Assembly (NCBI RefSeq): GCF_009914755.1
Contig: NC_060931.1
Length of the DNA: 64,000 nucleotides
Reading direction: 5' to 3' (one strand)
Source of the DNA: the human T2T-CHM13v2.0 reference genome, Homo sapiens
In this document: positions 1 to 15,990 of the stretch, piece after piece
Numbering within the stretch: position 1 is the first letter of the stretch
Layout of the letters: each line of letters begins with the position of its first letter
The notes under the pieces: model-generated
What the model was told of the DNA's origin: nothing
The model's database searches: none
The model's input: the letters and a program-made list of their open reading frames with translations, nothing else
Made by a program: the position numbers and the translations under genes

Positions 1-43
<43 letters not shown>

Positions 44-45
44 AA
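1..45 (+). repeat. (TAAA)n microsatellite, probably a retroelement tail
   Basis: About 11 TAAA units at the window start. Confidence 0.9.
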
Positions 46-1048
46 TAACTAATACTTAGCAAAAACACACAGTGCAAATATAAATAGTGAAATAAAATAC
101 TGCCCTACATCCATTTAAAGACTCTATATGCAAAAGTATCAAATTCCTTTTTATTGTAAAAATATACTATAATAATTTAGCTTTTAACAATCAAGTAAAT
201 ATAATTACATCTAAGCAACAAGATTAGCACCCTCTACACACATTCTTAATGTATATAGTATAAAGTGGTGGCAAATGAAATATATTATCTATAACATGGT
301 TAAAGAGTTGTTGACTGTTTAATTATTAATTATTATACTTAAGACAGTTCTTTGAGAACAATTAGGTCATTTCAAATGGTCATATGTCTTTTATAAATCA
401 TTAAATGCCCTCACTATGATGGCTGGTAAATTAATACATATTGCTAGTCCTTTCCCAAGCATTTTAAAAAAATAAGTAACCATAGAAAATAGTACTAACA
501 AAGGCAGAAATATGTTGTGATGTATCTCTTGGAAATAAGTAAGTGTGGCTCTCTTATTCTTCAAAATTTAAAGCATTCTTAGTTGTTATTCCAATTCCTC
601 CCCCTTTAAAAAAAGAAAGGCATTTTCTTGAATACTGTTCTTTATGTGAAAGTTAAGATTAATACTGGATCAGAGAAGATCACATATGAGTCAAAAACAA
701 AAACATACATGTTTAGCAATATTGTTAGCTGCTTTTGCACTGCCAAATTTAACGTGTCTTTAAATTCACAAATGTTTAATCATGCTGGGAAGTGCCAAGG
801 GTGATAAATTTTATTTATGAAGTTATAATATATTGATATGATGTTCTAACAATGAAAACACCCGATTTTATGATTCATTTAGAATTGTACTTCTGAGACA
901 CACAAAATGACCAAGAGCACAATAGTAATAGTTGCTTATTTTCTTAGCTAAATGCAAGTAAAAGTGGCAAAGGAAATTAAAGTACATTAGAATAGCTTAA
1001 GTGTTCAGGTTCACAGTGAAGTTGTGCCTGTTCAAATTTAAATCTGAA

Positions 1049-1360
1049 GGCCGGGTGCACTGGCTCATGCCTGTAATCCCAGCACTTTGGGAGGCAGAGG
1101 TAGGCACATTTCTTGAGCTTAGGAGTTCTAGACCAGCCTAGGCAAACATGGTGAAACCCCATCTCTACAAAAAATTAAAAAATTAGCTGGTCATGGTGGC
1201 ATGGGCCTGTAGTCCCAGCTACTTGGGGGCGCTGAGAAGGGAAGATCACTTAAGCCCACGAGGTTCAAGCTATTGCACTCCAGCCTGGGTGACAAAGTGA
1301 GACCCTGTCTCCAAAAAAAAAAAAAAACAAAAACAAACAACAAACAACAAAAAAAACAAA
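1049..1360 (+). mobile_element. Alu (AluJ-like)
   Basis: GGCCGGGTGC...TGTAATCCCAGC dimer with A-rich tail; diverged. Confidence 0.9.
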
Positions 1361-2084
1361 CTACATCTGACCTAATCTCTTCATCTCCAGATCTTCCTGC
1401 TGGCAGGGTTGGCTTCTTCTTATATAAAAACAGGAAAGAAGTACTGACTTTCTATTTACAAATTCACTTGAATGCTACAAATTAGTAAATATTCTAGAAA
1501 TTTTATTATATTTCACAATCAAAGGAGATCATGGTTTATTTTTATTTGGTTTGGTTATTTTACTAGCAGCTAAATGGACATGTGACAAACTACAGAACAG
1601 ATGGATAAGAAGATAAAATCCAGATGTTTTGACCACGAATGCTCTTTTCTGAGAGCAAAACTCACAAAATTGTGAAAATAAATTCAGGTTGATTTTTCGT
1701 TTTTCACATTATTGTCCACTTCAGATAAGATCCAGGAAGGTCATAGTATCTCTGCTGTTAGCAGCTTTAGGGGACATGAGAGTGGCAGGAGAATATAATC
1801 AAGGGGGCAAAGGGCAAGCCAGGTGCTACAAGGAGCACCAAACTTGCGGTTCCAGTTGCTTCCCCAGAGTGGGATTTTGATTTCATGTGAGGGGAAAAAA
1901 AGTTTGCTTAAAGTTTATATGAGGTCCTGTACAGTGTGCACCTTCTGCAGACGAGAAAAGAATGCTTAAGTTTACTGTAACAGCAGTATGTTTAAGATCT
2001 CTCCTTAAGATTTTATCCTCTAAACTTTTATTTCCAGAACAAAATGAAAAGAAACCCTGCAATTAAAACACATATATTAAGGTA

Positions 2085-2381
2085 GGCCGGGCACGGTGGC
2101 TCACGCCTGTAATCCCAGCACTTTAGGAGGCCGAGGCTGGCGGATGACTGGAGGCAGGGAGTTTGGGACCAGCCTAGCCAACATAGCAAAACCCTGTCTC
2201 TACTAAAAATACAAAAATTAGCTGGGCATGGTGGCACACACCTGTAATCCCAGCTACTCGGGAGACTGAGACAGGAGAATCACTTTAACCTGGGAGGTGG
2301 AGGTTGCAGTGAGCCGAGATGCCGCCACTGCACTCCAGCCTGGGCAACAGAGCGAGACTCCATCTCAAAATAATAATAATT
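2085..2381 (+). mobile_element. Alu (AluS)
   Basis: Full dimer, followed by (TA)n(CA)n at ~2384-2430. Confidence 0.92.
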
Positions 2382-2398
2382 AGTATATATATATATAT

Positions 2399-2431
<33 letters not shown>

Positions 2432-3549
2432 TTATGTGTATATATGTAAAGGTATATGTATGTAAAGGTAAACAAGAAAACAAGGATGGGAGTTTTTTTT
2501 AGTCCCTTTTGTTTCTTAGAAGTTTCTTAATAGCCAGTTTTTTTTATAGAAAGTTATTATTTTGACTGTTATCTCTGCCACCCTGCAAACCTCTTAATGC
2601 ATGCTCAAGATTAACGAACTTTGAATGTTCATGTTGATAGTATTTAACAAACACTTTGATCCCAATATTCATTTATGTATTACGCATGCTCTGATTTTCA
2701 TAAAGATGTCCTGAGTTCTTCACTTCCATTCTTAAATATATATTCTGTTAACAACACAGCATTTAGAAGTACAGAATGCTAAATGGTATGAGGTGTTATC
2801 TCTACTGAACTGAACTCCTAGTCTCCCTGCCCCCTGACATTTCTAATCAGGAAGCTGGCCCACTTAGCTGATGTACAGATTCGATGCCTCATTCTTACTT
2901 GATGTATGACCATAGAAATTCCCCATCTCTATTAGAAACCCCCAGTCTCTGTTTCCCCATCTTTAAAACACAGTTAACTGTATTTAATTTCCTGGGTTAT
3001 GGGGAGAATAATATGAACTAAGGTATATATCCTTAATAAACTTAAAATAACTGAGCAGAGTGCCTTATACACAATAAACATTCCCATAAATAGATGTAAT
3101 TGTTTTGAAGTTAAAATTCTGACGTGTTTGTTTAAAGTCTCCATAAGTTAAAATTTATTGATAAGTTAAATATATCTCACGTGTTCTTTGTGTTGTTACT
3201 TGAGTTTTTAAAATTGCATATGCAACATGAGCTCAGGGGAGAAGACACTTCCAGTCTGCGGAAGTTTCTCTGAGGTCTTCAGGGAATAGGACAGAAGAAG
3301 CAAAATAAAGATGAGCTCATATTCCAGAAATCTGCAAAGGTTTACAGAAAGGGCAATGTAGGTGTGGCTCATTTGAATGACAATCAGTAGAACACTCTAC
3401 TCAAAGTCAGTGAAATTAGCTGTAGGAATAAGATTGGAGACAGCAATTCCTTTCTAAGGTCTTAACCTTCCTCTAACAGAAAGTGGAGTCAATAACGTAT
3501 CTGTGTTCAAACCTTTGTATTTCTTTGGAGTAAAAAGAAAAACCTCTGA

Positions 3550-3645
3550 CGTGATCATTATACACTGTGTACATGTATCAAAATATCACATGTACCCAAG
3601 CAATATGTATAATTATGATATGTCTATTTAAAAATTTAAAAAAAG
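3550..3645 (+). mobile_element. Old L1 (L1MA-like) 3' end fragment
   Basis: catgtatcaaaatatcacatgtaccc...aatatgtataattatg followed by an A-rich tail. Confidence 0.6.
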
Positions 3646-3742
3646 AGAGAAAAGTCTCTTGGGAAAGTTGGTATTCTCCCTGCTCTCAGGTAATTGAGCA
3701 AACCTGGAGTTGAAATAGGGTTGAAGCTTGAGAAGCTCTTTA

Positions 3743-3901
3743 GGGATTTCTTAAGGCAAATCTTAAGAACTAAAACATCAACAAGAAAAGTCAATTATCG
3801 AAGAAGCTAATGCAAAATGACTAGCAAGAGTGTAAAATGCTACTTCTAGAAAAGTGGTTTATGGAGCCATTACTGTGGATGTGTATGGTTCCAGAGATCC
3901 T
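3743..3901 (+). repeat. Dispersed direct repeat, copy 1 (partner 4968-5125)
   Basis: About 159 bp; 15 mismatches plus 1 indel by manual alignment. Confidence 0.9.
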
Positions 3902-4967
3902 AGGAAGCCCAGCCCCCATACCACCTATTCAAACGACTCATGTGATATATTTTTTCCTTGCAGTGTTTACCATTGGTTATGGAACAGCACCACCCTCACA
4001 CACATAAAAATGTACAAAGCTCTGTATCCAATATAGAAAACATGAATTACTGAAGAGACTAACAGGGTTATAAAAATGAAAAAAATTTTTTTAATCTTTT
4101 CAAAGAAATTATATTATTTTTAGAGAAATTTTTCTTTCATGATATAGTAGCTCCATTTACTAAGGGTAGTTTTATTTAAGGCTCATGCTATCTTGACATT
4201 CACCTCCTTTTTTTCCCCATGAAAAACATAAAAGAGATTTGGGTTTTTTCCTCCTTCTAAGGTAGACAGTGTGGAAAGGCAGAAAAAAAGGCCAAAACTC
4301 TGCCAAAAAGCTGTACATCTAAGCAAGACAACTGGCCCATTAACAAATGTCTCCATCAATATCTTACCATCTGCTGTTTGTACTGTACTTGTCAATATTG
4401 AGCATCACTCACAGTTCATGTGACCATATAAAATCTCAGAAAGCACAGAGTACCAAGGTGGGAAAAAAAAGCAAATTCAAAGATGGTTTTAGAATCTGAC
4501 AACACATTCACCACACAAGTATATAATTAGATGGAAACAAGTTATGTACTTTGCATGCTTTATGTGTCAAAGGAAATTCCTCATAATTTCTAACAGTAGA
4601 TTGATTATGACTGGCAAACCATGCAGTGCAGTCTCCACTTCTCCCTCTGATTCACCTGACTTTTTGCCCACTCATCTAAATCAGAAGCTCAGATTACCAG
4701 ATTAAGCTGCTTAAATTCAGATCAGTGAATTTTAATTATTCATGTTATAAAAGGATACTGATGTTGTGGCACACTTAGATAGGATATAGCCCAAAAATGT
4801 TACACTGGTTTTATTAATAAATACCTTAAATGTTTTCCAACAATACAATTTTTTTGTCTTTTATGTTTTGTTTCTTTGCACAGATTCAAAGGAAGCAGAA
4901 AGCAGGAGTTGTTTGCAGAGGTACAATTGATAGTCCCATGTGACGGAATTTAAAGGGGACTGGAAAG

Positions 4968-5125
4968 GGGATTCCTTAAGGGAGATCTTAAGAACTAAAA
5001 CATCAACCAGAAAAGTCAATTAGCAAGGAAGCTAATGCAAAATTAGTAGCAAGAATGCAAAATGCTTCTTCTAGAAAAGTTGTTTATTGAACCATTACTG
5101 TGGATGTGTATGGTTCCAAGATCCT
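4968..5125 (+). repeat. Dispersed direct repeat, copy 2 (partner 3743-3901)
   Basis: Shared core cttaagaactaaaacatcaac...ccattactgtggatgtgtatggttcca. Confidence 0.9.
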
Positions 5126-5215
5126 TCCCAACTTTTGTCTTTCTGAGTTTGACATAAACTTTCCTATTTCATTAAATATTCCTTCATTTGAAAATATTGC
5201 TGTGAAGAGTGACAC

Positions 5216-5929
5216 TGATAGTGGCAAGAAGCAGACTAATCCCTAGGCAGACAGGGGCAGGTCCCTGGTGAAACCAGACCTTCAAGCCAAAGACACTTTA
5301 AAACCTAAAAGCCAAGCTACAAGTTAAATCCATAGACTGGATTAAAACCCTCTCTTCCCATGTGGCACACTTTCCTCTGATTGATCCTTACCCTTCACTT
5401 AGTTTACATAAACCTACCCTTCCCTAATTGGTTTTTCATGCTGTCCTGCCAACCTTTGAATGATGCCTTTGTTTTAGCCTCTTGCATACTCACAAACCAA
5501 TCAGCACGTGCTCCCCCATTATGAGCTCATAAAAGGCCCAGACCCAGCCACACTGAGAGAGACAGACCACCCAACTTCAGGTGGGGGGCCACCCTCATGT
5601 CCCCTTTCTGCTGATAGCTGTTCTGTTGCTCAGTAAAATTCTTCTCTGCCACACTCAGCCTTCAGTTGTCGGAGTAACCTCATTTTTCTCAGACGCGGGA
5701 CAAGAACTCGAGAACCATCAAACATGGGTACAAGCCGTAATGCAGGGGGGCTGGGACACACTCTGCCCAGCCATGGGCTGAGCTGGTATGCAAGCCAGGC
5801 AAGGCCCAGTGGGCTGAGTGAGTGTAACACCTCCTGTGGCAGGCCTGGGGCCAAGCAAGGCCTAGGTGGGGGCATTGCTGGCCACAGAAGTCCCTGACTG
5901 GCAAAGTGGCCACGAAAAATCCTGCATCA
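5216..5929 (+). mobile_element. Solo ERV1 LTR (MER50-like)
   Basis: TGATAGTGGC...AAAAATCCTGCATCA with TG..CA termini, internal CCAAT, and a 4-bp TSD (acac/acat). Confidence 0.75.
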
Positions 5930-6269
5930 ACATGTTCAATCATTAACAGTTTAGAATGAATGAATGTATTAACATGATTGGAGAATAGATAGTATATGAA
6001 CACTAGGTACCTTGGGGAAAAGAAAATCATTGGGTCTTTTCCCATATCAATACAACAATTCCAATTAGAAATATGTTGCTTTGGATTTAAATGCTTGAGT
6101 GCCTCTATAAGGCATTGGGAAAAAAACAGACAATAAATAAATTTATTAGCCCTAACCCTGAAAGATACAGTTATCCCTTTCCTACCTAATATTCTAAATT
6201 TAATTTTGCACACAGGTTATAGGTAATTGGTCTTCTAACTCAGTCCTAAAAAATTCAAATACAATAATA

Positions 6270-6432
6270 AAGAGACAGAGAGAGAGGAAGGAAGGAAGGA
6301 AGGAAGGAAGGAAGGAAGGAAGGAAGGAAGGAAGGAAGGCAGGCAGGCAGGCAGGCAGGCAGGGAGGGAGGGAGGGAGGGAGGCAGGCAGGAAGGGAGGG
6401 AGGCAGGGAGGGAGGGAGGCCGGGAGGGAGGG
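6270..6432 (+). repeat. Compound purine-rich microsatellite (GGAA)13(GGCA)n(GGGA)n
   Basis: 13 perfect GGAA units at 6286-6337, then GGCA and GGGA runs. Confidence 0.95.
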
Positions 6433-9432
6433 GCAATAACACTTTAATTGCCTTGAAACAGCACTTGCATATAAAAATTGTAGCTATATACAAACATGTA
6501 GGAGTTTAATGAAGTAACAGAAATGAATTTCATCTTGCAATAGGGAAACATTGACCTCTTATACAAAGAACAGCAGTAAGCATGCTCTTGAACGTAATGA
6601 ATATATGATCCATGCTGGAGGCAACAGAGGTCTGTGCAAGTTATGCAACAGCTCAAATACCACTACTGTATCCATGTTAACAAAAATATAAACAAAAATA
6701 AAAGCTAATAAGATATATATTGAAATTAGAAAATGGGATTAAAAATAAAATTTAAGCCCTTGGCTGTTTTATTTCAATGTAATAGCAGATATAAAAGATG
6801 CAGTTTCTCTGCATTCTTATATTTTAATATAACAAACACTGAGAATTGAAAATATGCTTCCAACAATTAAAATCCACCTATACAAATATCTGTCCCTACC
6901 AGTGACTAAGCTCTCGGGTGTGGCTACTAAATGCTGCACTGTATTTATACTAAAGCTTTCATTTGCATCTTTATGATATAAACAAGACAGGATAAAACTC
7001 TTAAAACATTGTAAAAAAATTATTCCTAATATTCGAAAATTTAAAATCATCAAACAAATGTGTAAAATAATAACATTTGAGTTACTGATATATATAATTT
7101 GCATACATTGTTTTATTTACAGATAAACAGACACCTCATAGACTTCTAGTGTAGCATCAGTGAGAAACTAGCAGCAACAACCCTTTGTTGAAATGAGAAT
7201 TAGGGAGCAACAGAAAGGTGGAGTGAGAAGAGGCAAAGAAAAATTTGCCCAAGGTCAAGTTGAGAAATAAACAAAACTTTATTGAGACTGTGCTGAGAAT
7301 ATGCAATGCAAATAAATAAAGCATATTAAGTTCGCCAATAGAGGCAAGTAAAAGGTAGAATGGGACTCAAAGGAGGGTTTTATTAACTCTAGGTTGAAAA
7401 TGGAGGGGGAGGGGTCAAGGAGGGCTCCAAAAGACACATTTCTTGATACGTCTACCTGCATTTTAAATCACAATCGAGTGATTTTTATCTTATTCCTCAT
7501 TCTTCTTTATAAATCTTATAGAGCTTAGAAGAAAAATGACAAAAAGGAAAAAGAAGAAAGAGAAATCTAGATGAAGGGAGGGAAGAAGGGAAAGTGGGAG
7601 AAAGAAAAGACGAAACAAAGGAAAAATAGGAAGAAAAGAAACAAGGGAGAAAGGAAGGAAAAATAAAAACCAAATTTTCTCTGTATTAAATGAAATCTAT
7701 CATCATAGATGATAGGTAGCTAGACAGACAGATGGAGATGGATAGATATAGCCAGGTTATCAACAGCCAAGAGCAGTACAAGTTTGCTTCAAAGACATTT
7801 TTTGAGAGTTGTACCTTGTATTTGAGACACAGAAAAATGAATCATTCCTGAAGCGGCAATAAGCAGGTGGTTTATTTCGGGTAAGTTTTTAGGGGCTTTT
7901 TTGGTTTTGTTTGCTTGTGTGTTTTCCCAGAATCTTGTTTCATAAAGATTTATCAAATTCAGGATGAACTCCACCATTAGAAGTAAAAGAACCAACTGAT
8001 TTTCTGTGAGACAAAGAGAAGTGAAGGAGAACAGAAGAAACAGAGGTTCAAGGCAACTTCAAACTTTTATTAGTGAGAATGTACATAAAGCCATAGCTCT
8101 CCCCTCTGGGTTTGACTAAAGTGAACCAACTCTTAGATACAAATGTGCTGCCCCAGATGGAGGGCCTTTCTCTAAAACACCAGCTTCATTATTTTTTTAT
8201 ACTTCTTTTACCATCAGCCATAATAATAAAACCTAATGACAATTTCAATAGTAAAAATTAGCATTTCCCATATTTGTTAGTTGCTACTATCTCCTATATT
8301 TGCTAAGAATTCTGGTAAACAGTATACTTTTGAAGCATCCTATGGGCAGATAATATAGTCATTCCACTTTGCAGATCTTTTCAAAAAAATGTATCAAATG
8401 CCTGTTATATGTTGAGTACTATTCTAGACACTAAAAACACAACATCAAATTAAAAAAAAAACACAAAAAAACTCCAACTCTGATGGAATGTATGATATGA
8501 TGGAGTAAACTGAGCTAGAGAGAAGTAAAAGATATTTTCCTGGTATTGCACACCAAGTAAGTGACAAGGTCAGTGTCAAGCAGTCTGATTCCAGGACAGC
8601 TTCCCTTACACCATGTGGTTTGCTGCCATGGAAGCTAATGCATACTTGCCAGGGGTTATCCACGGCATTCTGCTTTTCAGATTTTAATTTTAACGCTTTG
8701 TATTATATTAGTAGTAATTCAACGTAATGTAGTTACATATTTAAAAACCCTCTAAGCGCATGTCTCATATAAGCATGTAAGGCACTTCAATTACTATAAT
8801 TATTTCATTTAAATTCATTGATAAAATGTGTATTCTAAAAGTGACTGAGGAACTGAATTGAATATTATGCTGTTCATGGATATGAACAATAGCTGAGCAC
8901 AATTAATAGTCTATTTGGGTACAATTAATAGTCTGAAGGAAGTTGGACTAACAGGCATGCCTACCTGCATTTATAATACAACACTTCAGACCATGGTCAA
9001 TGTTTAGTATTATAGTAAGTATGTATTTTCTCAGCCTATATGCTAGAAATATTTTCTAGCATAAAGAACACAATAATTGGAATCAAGCAGACTGCTCATT
9101 TAACTACTTTGAGTCCCAATCATTGGCATAAAAAAAATAAAATGGGCATAAAACACATTCCCAACATTTGTTTGATAGGCTTAAGGGAGATGATATATGT
9201 GAAAATCCTATGCAGACTACAGAATGCAGCATCCTTTATAATTTTCTCTTTTCAGCATTACAGAATTGTTTGGACTTTCTAATATATTTTATTACTTTTA
9301 GTAATTACCAGTTAAAATGTTCCTATGCATAACTCAAGATAAAAATAATTCGCCCTTAAACCAACCTCAAGGTTTAGTAGCCACTTTTTTCTGAGTTGAA
9401 ATTACCTTTTCAGCTTTCATAGAGGCCTTTTA

Positions 9433-9639
<207 letters not shown>

Positions 9640-10487
9640 TCAAGCAATGTGGAATTCCAGATATAATCATATAGTTCCATAATCTGGCTCTTTAAAAATG
9701 AAGGAGAATATTTGGATAGTCTTAAATCACCTAAGGTTTCTTAATACTAGTATCTGTCAAGGTTAATTCACCACTCTGTGGCTACACAATATATGTCTGC
9801 CCTAGGGACTCCTTGTACTAGCTACTTCTTTACGTCTAAATAGCTATTGCTCAATTTGTAATACTGCCCCTCACTTCTATTCACTGTCTGTACCCTTTTA
9901 CATGAAGCTCATTATTATCTTGAAGCTTGACTTTCCTGGCAGTAGTCCTTCTACTTCTTATATCCAAATAATGAAGGAAATCTAACTATAATGAAACCAA
10001 GGCCTAAATTACTACTCAAAATATTAAAGTGTCTGGACCCACATTGGCAACATAATAAGCATGGAAGAAATCAAGTATATGTAGACACAAAAGTTTGCTA
10101 CCTCCTCATTGAAAAGAACTAAGGTTCCTTTCCATTCATATTCCTTAACTGAAAACAAAAGTCTAACAGAATTCCAAACTAGAGATTAAAGTCCAGTCAC
10201 ATCTTTCCAACCAATTTCTGACACTGTGAATTGAAATGCGTTTCTTTTTGAACTTATGCATTGATTTCTTCATGTCTTTCACCTGTTTCTAGGTTTTTCA
10301 TAAAAGTTGCATGGTCCTCCCCACCCCACCTCCATTCCACACCGAGTACCAACCAAAATCATTTGGTCTTGGAACCAAAATCCAGGAGGCTTTCATCACT
10401 AACTCGCTTTCCCCAAAAGGATTCTGGCTTTTGTTTATCATCAGTACTTGGTCTTTCTCCAACTAACAAGCTCCCTGCCCTCACATG

Positions 10488-10541
10488 TATAACCTGTATC
10501 ATTGTATTTGTACTTATAACCTGTATCATTGTATTTGTACT
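10488..10541 (+). repeat. 27-bp tandem duplication
   Basis: tataacctgtatcattgtatttgtact x2, perfect. Confidence 0.95.
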
Positions 10542-11791
10542 TAAAATAAAAAAATTGAATATTCTTATATGAATCTAAAAATATATTTTTATTTTAATAT
10601 ACCTATACTTGGTATATTTCAGTCTTCTCTTAGCTCTTTATTCTTCTGACATTCTTTTGGTCCTTCGTTTTTTTTCTTTGAATATACTTATCTAACATAT
10701 ATTTGTGTTTATGAAAGTATTTTTATATTGCAAGTGATTATTCTTAACAATATTCATTTTGCCTAGAATTGAGCATTTAAAAATACAGAAGTCTATGCTG
10801 ACAGAGTACACAAAACAGTGAAGAAATACAAAGGCAAATCAGTGATTAAAATATAATGCAATAAGGATTTTCATGAGGTATCTGCACAAGGAGCAATATC
10901 AGTATAGAAAGTAGCAACTGATTCCTTCTGACAGCCAAATGTATTGAGCATATATTGCCATATTAACGAATGTGCTAAGCACATATGACCCATTTAATCA
11001 TCGTTACCATGCTCTGTGATAGGCGCTGTTATAATCATGAGACACAGAGAGGCCAAAAAACAGAGCTAACACCGTAGCAGAGTCAACATTCACACTGCTT
11101 ATTAGATAAAACTTACTAGATAAAACTCTGAAAGACTAAATGGCTCTTATTAGACAATAAAAGGGGAAAAGAGCAAACTGGGTGCTGGAACAGAATGGCC
11201 AACACCCAACAGTCATGAGTATATTAAGAACCTGGTGAGAGATACCAGTGGGATAGGATTAGATAGATGAAGAGAGTGGCTAAGAATGAGGCTTCATAGA
11301 CAGGCTATGTCCAACTACTCTTTCGTCTGAATATCTAAAGATGAAGTCACTCCTTAAACATTTAGACTGTATGATGCTAAGATTAAACTACAACTATTAA
11401 AGAAGGAAGGGCTCAATAGCCTTAGAGCCCCAGTCCTAACATTTAGGGGAGAGACTAAAAAAGTAAGGAAGAAAGAACACAGCTGGAAGAGAAAGATCTC
11501 AATTTCTTCATGATTTTTATTGCAGCAAATCAACAACTTTACTACTCCCTATAATTTAACAGTCTTTGCCACAGTGAAGACAAACATCATTCCATTCAGG
11601 AATGTGTAGCAACAGAATTCTCAAATCAGAAAAAAGAATGAGTTTTATCTTTGAAATTCTTAATTATGTGGTGAGTAAATACATATGTGTGTATGTGTAT
11701 ACTCACACTAACATATCCACAGAATTGAAATGCTGTTGTTACACACAACAAAAAATAAGTATCAGTTTACAGATGCTTTGTTCATTTCTGA

Positions 11792-12131
<340 letters not shown>

Positions 12132-12448
12132 CCATTCTCCCCTTTTTTTTTCCTTCCTTCTACCCTTCTTTCCTTCCTTCCATCCTTCTTTCCTTTTGAT
12201 ATTCCTTTTACTCTTTCATTCTTTCTTTTAATTATAAGCTGAGGTGATTTTTATAAGGGAACAGAGAACCTTCTACATTTGAATCACCAATTCAAAGTAG
12301 ATCAACACACTCACCAAAATCTGGCTGGTTTGTGATTAGTATGAGATGAAGTTTAAAGTCTCATAAAAATCAGAGTCAGCACTAAAAGGAACTCTTGTTT
12401 CCACTCAATTCTATTTCTGTATTGTAACTTAGCAAAAACTCTGTTTTA

Positions 12449-12718
<270 letters not shown>

Positions 12719-13235
12719 TTAAATAGCTATGTAGAAATTCAACTATTTTCACAAGATAGTAAAACAATTTAGAAAAAAAGTTCTTAACAATGATAAAACA
12801 ATGATGAAACATCGTTTACATTTCCCATTTATAAACAAGCAGACAGGGAGACTGGCGAATCTTGTATTTACAGTTTTAAATCACTTCCTTTTTATAAACA
12901 GATAAAAACTAATTAGAAGATTCCATCTCCCTCCCACTCCCCACCCCCCCAGCCCCCACCCCCACCCCATACACACACCTTCGTTCTTTCAATTTTATAC
13001 CTTCCATCCCAGAAAAAAAACTAAACAGTTCAAAATGGGGCACTTGGGAGACATCACTGCAACTGACCCCTACCTTCACTACATTAAAGGTGCCTAAACT
13101 ATAATAGGAAATCTTCTACATTTAAGTCGCTAATTCAAATTCTTCCAGATTTCCAGGTTTGTAGCATCACACATTCATTTATTCAGCCAAATTTGTTTAG
13201 CACCTACCACAGGCAAGCTACTCCATTAGGCATTA

Positions 13236-14975
<1,740 letters not shown>

Positions 14976-14991
14976 AGAAATGAAAAGATAA

Positions 14992-15240
14992 ATAAGACAT
15001 TCATTTATTCCCTCAAAATGCTGACTTCTAGAGACTGGAACTACATCAGTGAATAAAAAGGCAAAAGTTTCCATCCTAGTAAAACACACATTTTAATGGG
15101 GAAGACAGAAAATGTGACAAATAGGTAAACCATATAGTGTTTAGTATTTACATGCATAAGAAAAAAAATAAAATTGGGAAATGGGATAGAAAGCGCGAAA
15201 GCAGAGTTGTAATTTTAGAGAGGTAGACAGGGTTTAGTTT
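14992..15240 (-). mobile_element. L2 fragment interrupted by the L1PA2 (other part ~13170-13250)
   Basis: cattcatttattcagc...tttagcacctac L2 3'-end signature on the left; L2-like sequence resumes on the right. Confidence 0.5.
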
Positions 15241-15683
15241 CTTTTTTCACAGAACTCAGTAAAGAAAGGCTATCTTTTCCTAAAAACTATGGCAATACGA
15301 TGTGATAAATGCTACTAACTGATTGACAAAATGTGAAGATTACATGATAGAGCTATTGATTGCTGGAGAAATCACAGAGGGAAGAAATCATCTGAATTCT
15401 GAAAGAGAAGATGACATTCACAAGGAGGCTGGGAAAGAATAGGCAAAGGAACAGCATATGCAAAGTCAGAGAGGCAGCATTTGGCAAATAATTGCTATTT
15501 ATCAGCAGATAGTAGCAATTACCATAAAATTCAGAACGTACCATGTTCCAGATACTTTCACACATCATCTTTATTAACCCTCACAATAAATCTGTGGGCT
15601 TATTAATATTATTCCTATTTTTAAAATAAGAGCAAGACCAGAATGAAGATAGAAGGAGAGACTTGAAAAAATCTGTTGAAGTG

Positions 15684-15990
15684 GGCCAGGTGCAGTGGCC
15701 CATGCCTGTAATCCCAGCACTTTGGGAGGCTGAGGCAGGTGGATCACAAGATCAGGAGATCGAGACCATCCTGGCTAACATGGTGAAACCCCATCTCTAC
15801 TAAAAATACAAAAATTAGCCAGACGTGATGGCGGGTGCCTGTAGTCCCAGCTATTCGGGAGGCTGAGGCAGGAGAATCGCTTGAACCCAGGAGGCGGAGG
15901 TTGCAGTGAGCCCAGATCACTGCACTTCAGCCAGGGCAATACAGCAAGACTCTGTCTCAAAAAAAAAAAAAAAAAAAAAAAAAAAGAAGA
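15684..15990 (+). mobile_element. Alu (AluSc/Y-like)
   Basis: gagatcgagaccatcctggctaaca; long poly-A. Confidence 0.9.

Noticed and set aside
5689-6493. 174-aa and 97-aa ORFs
   Set aside because: They run through the MER50-like LTR and the GGAA/GGCA microsatellite.
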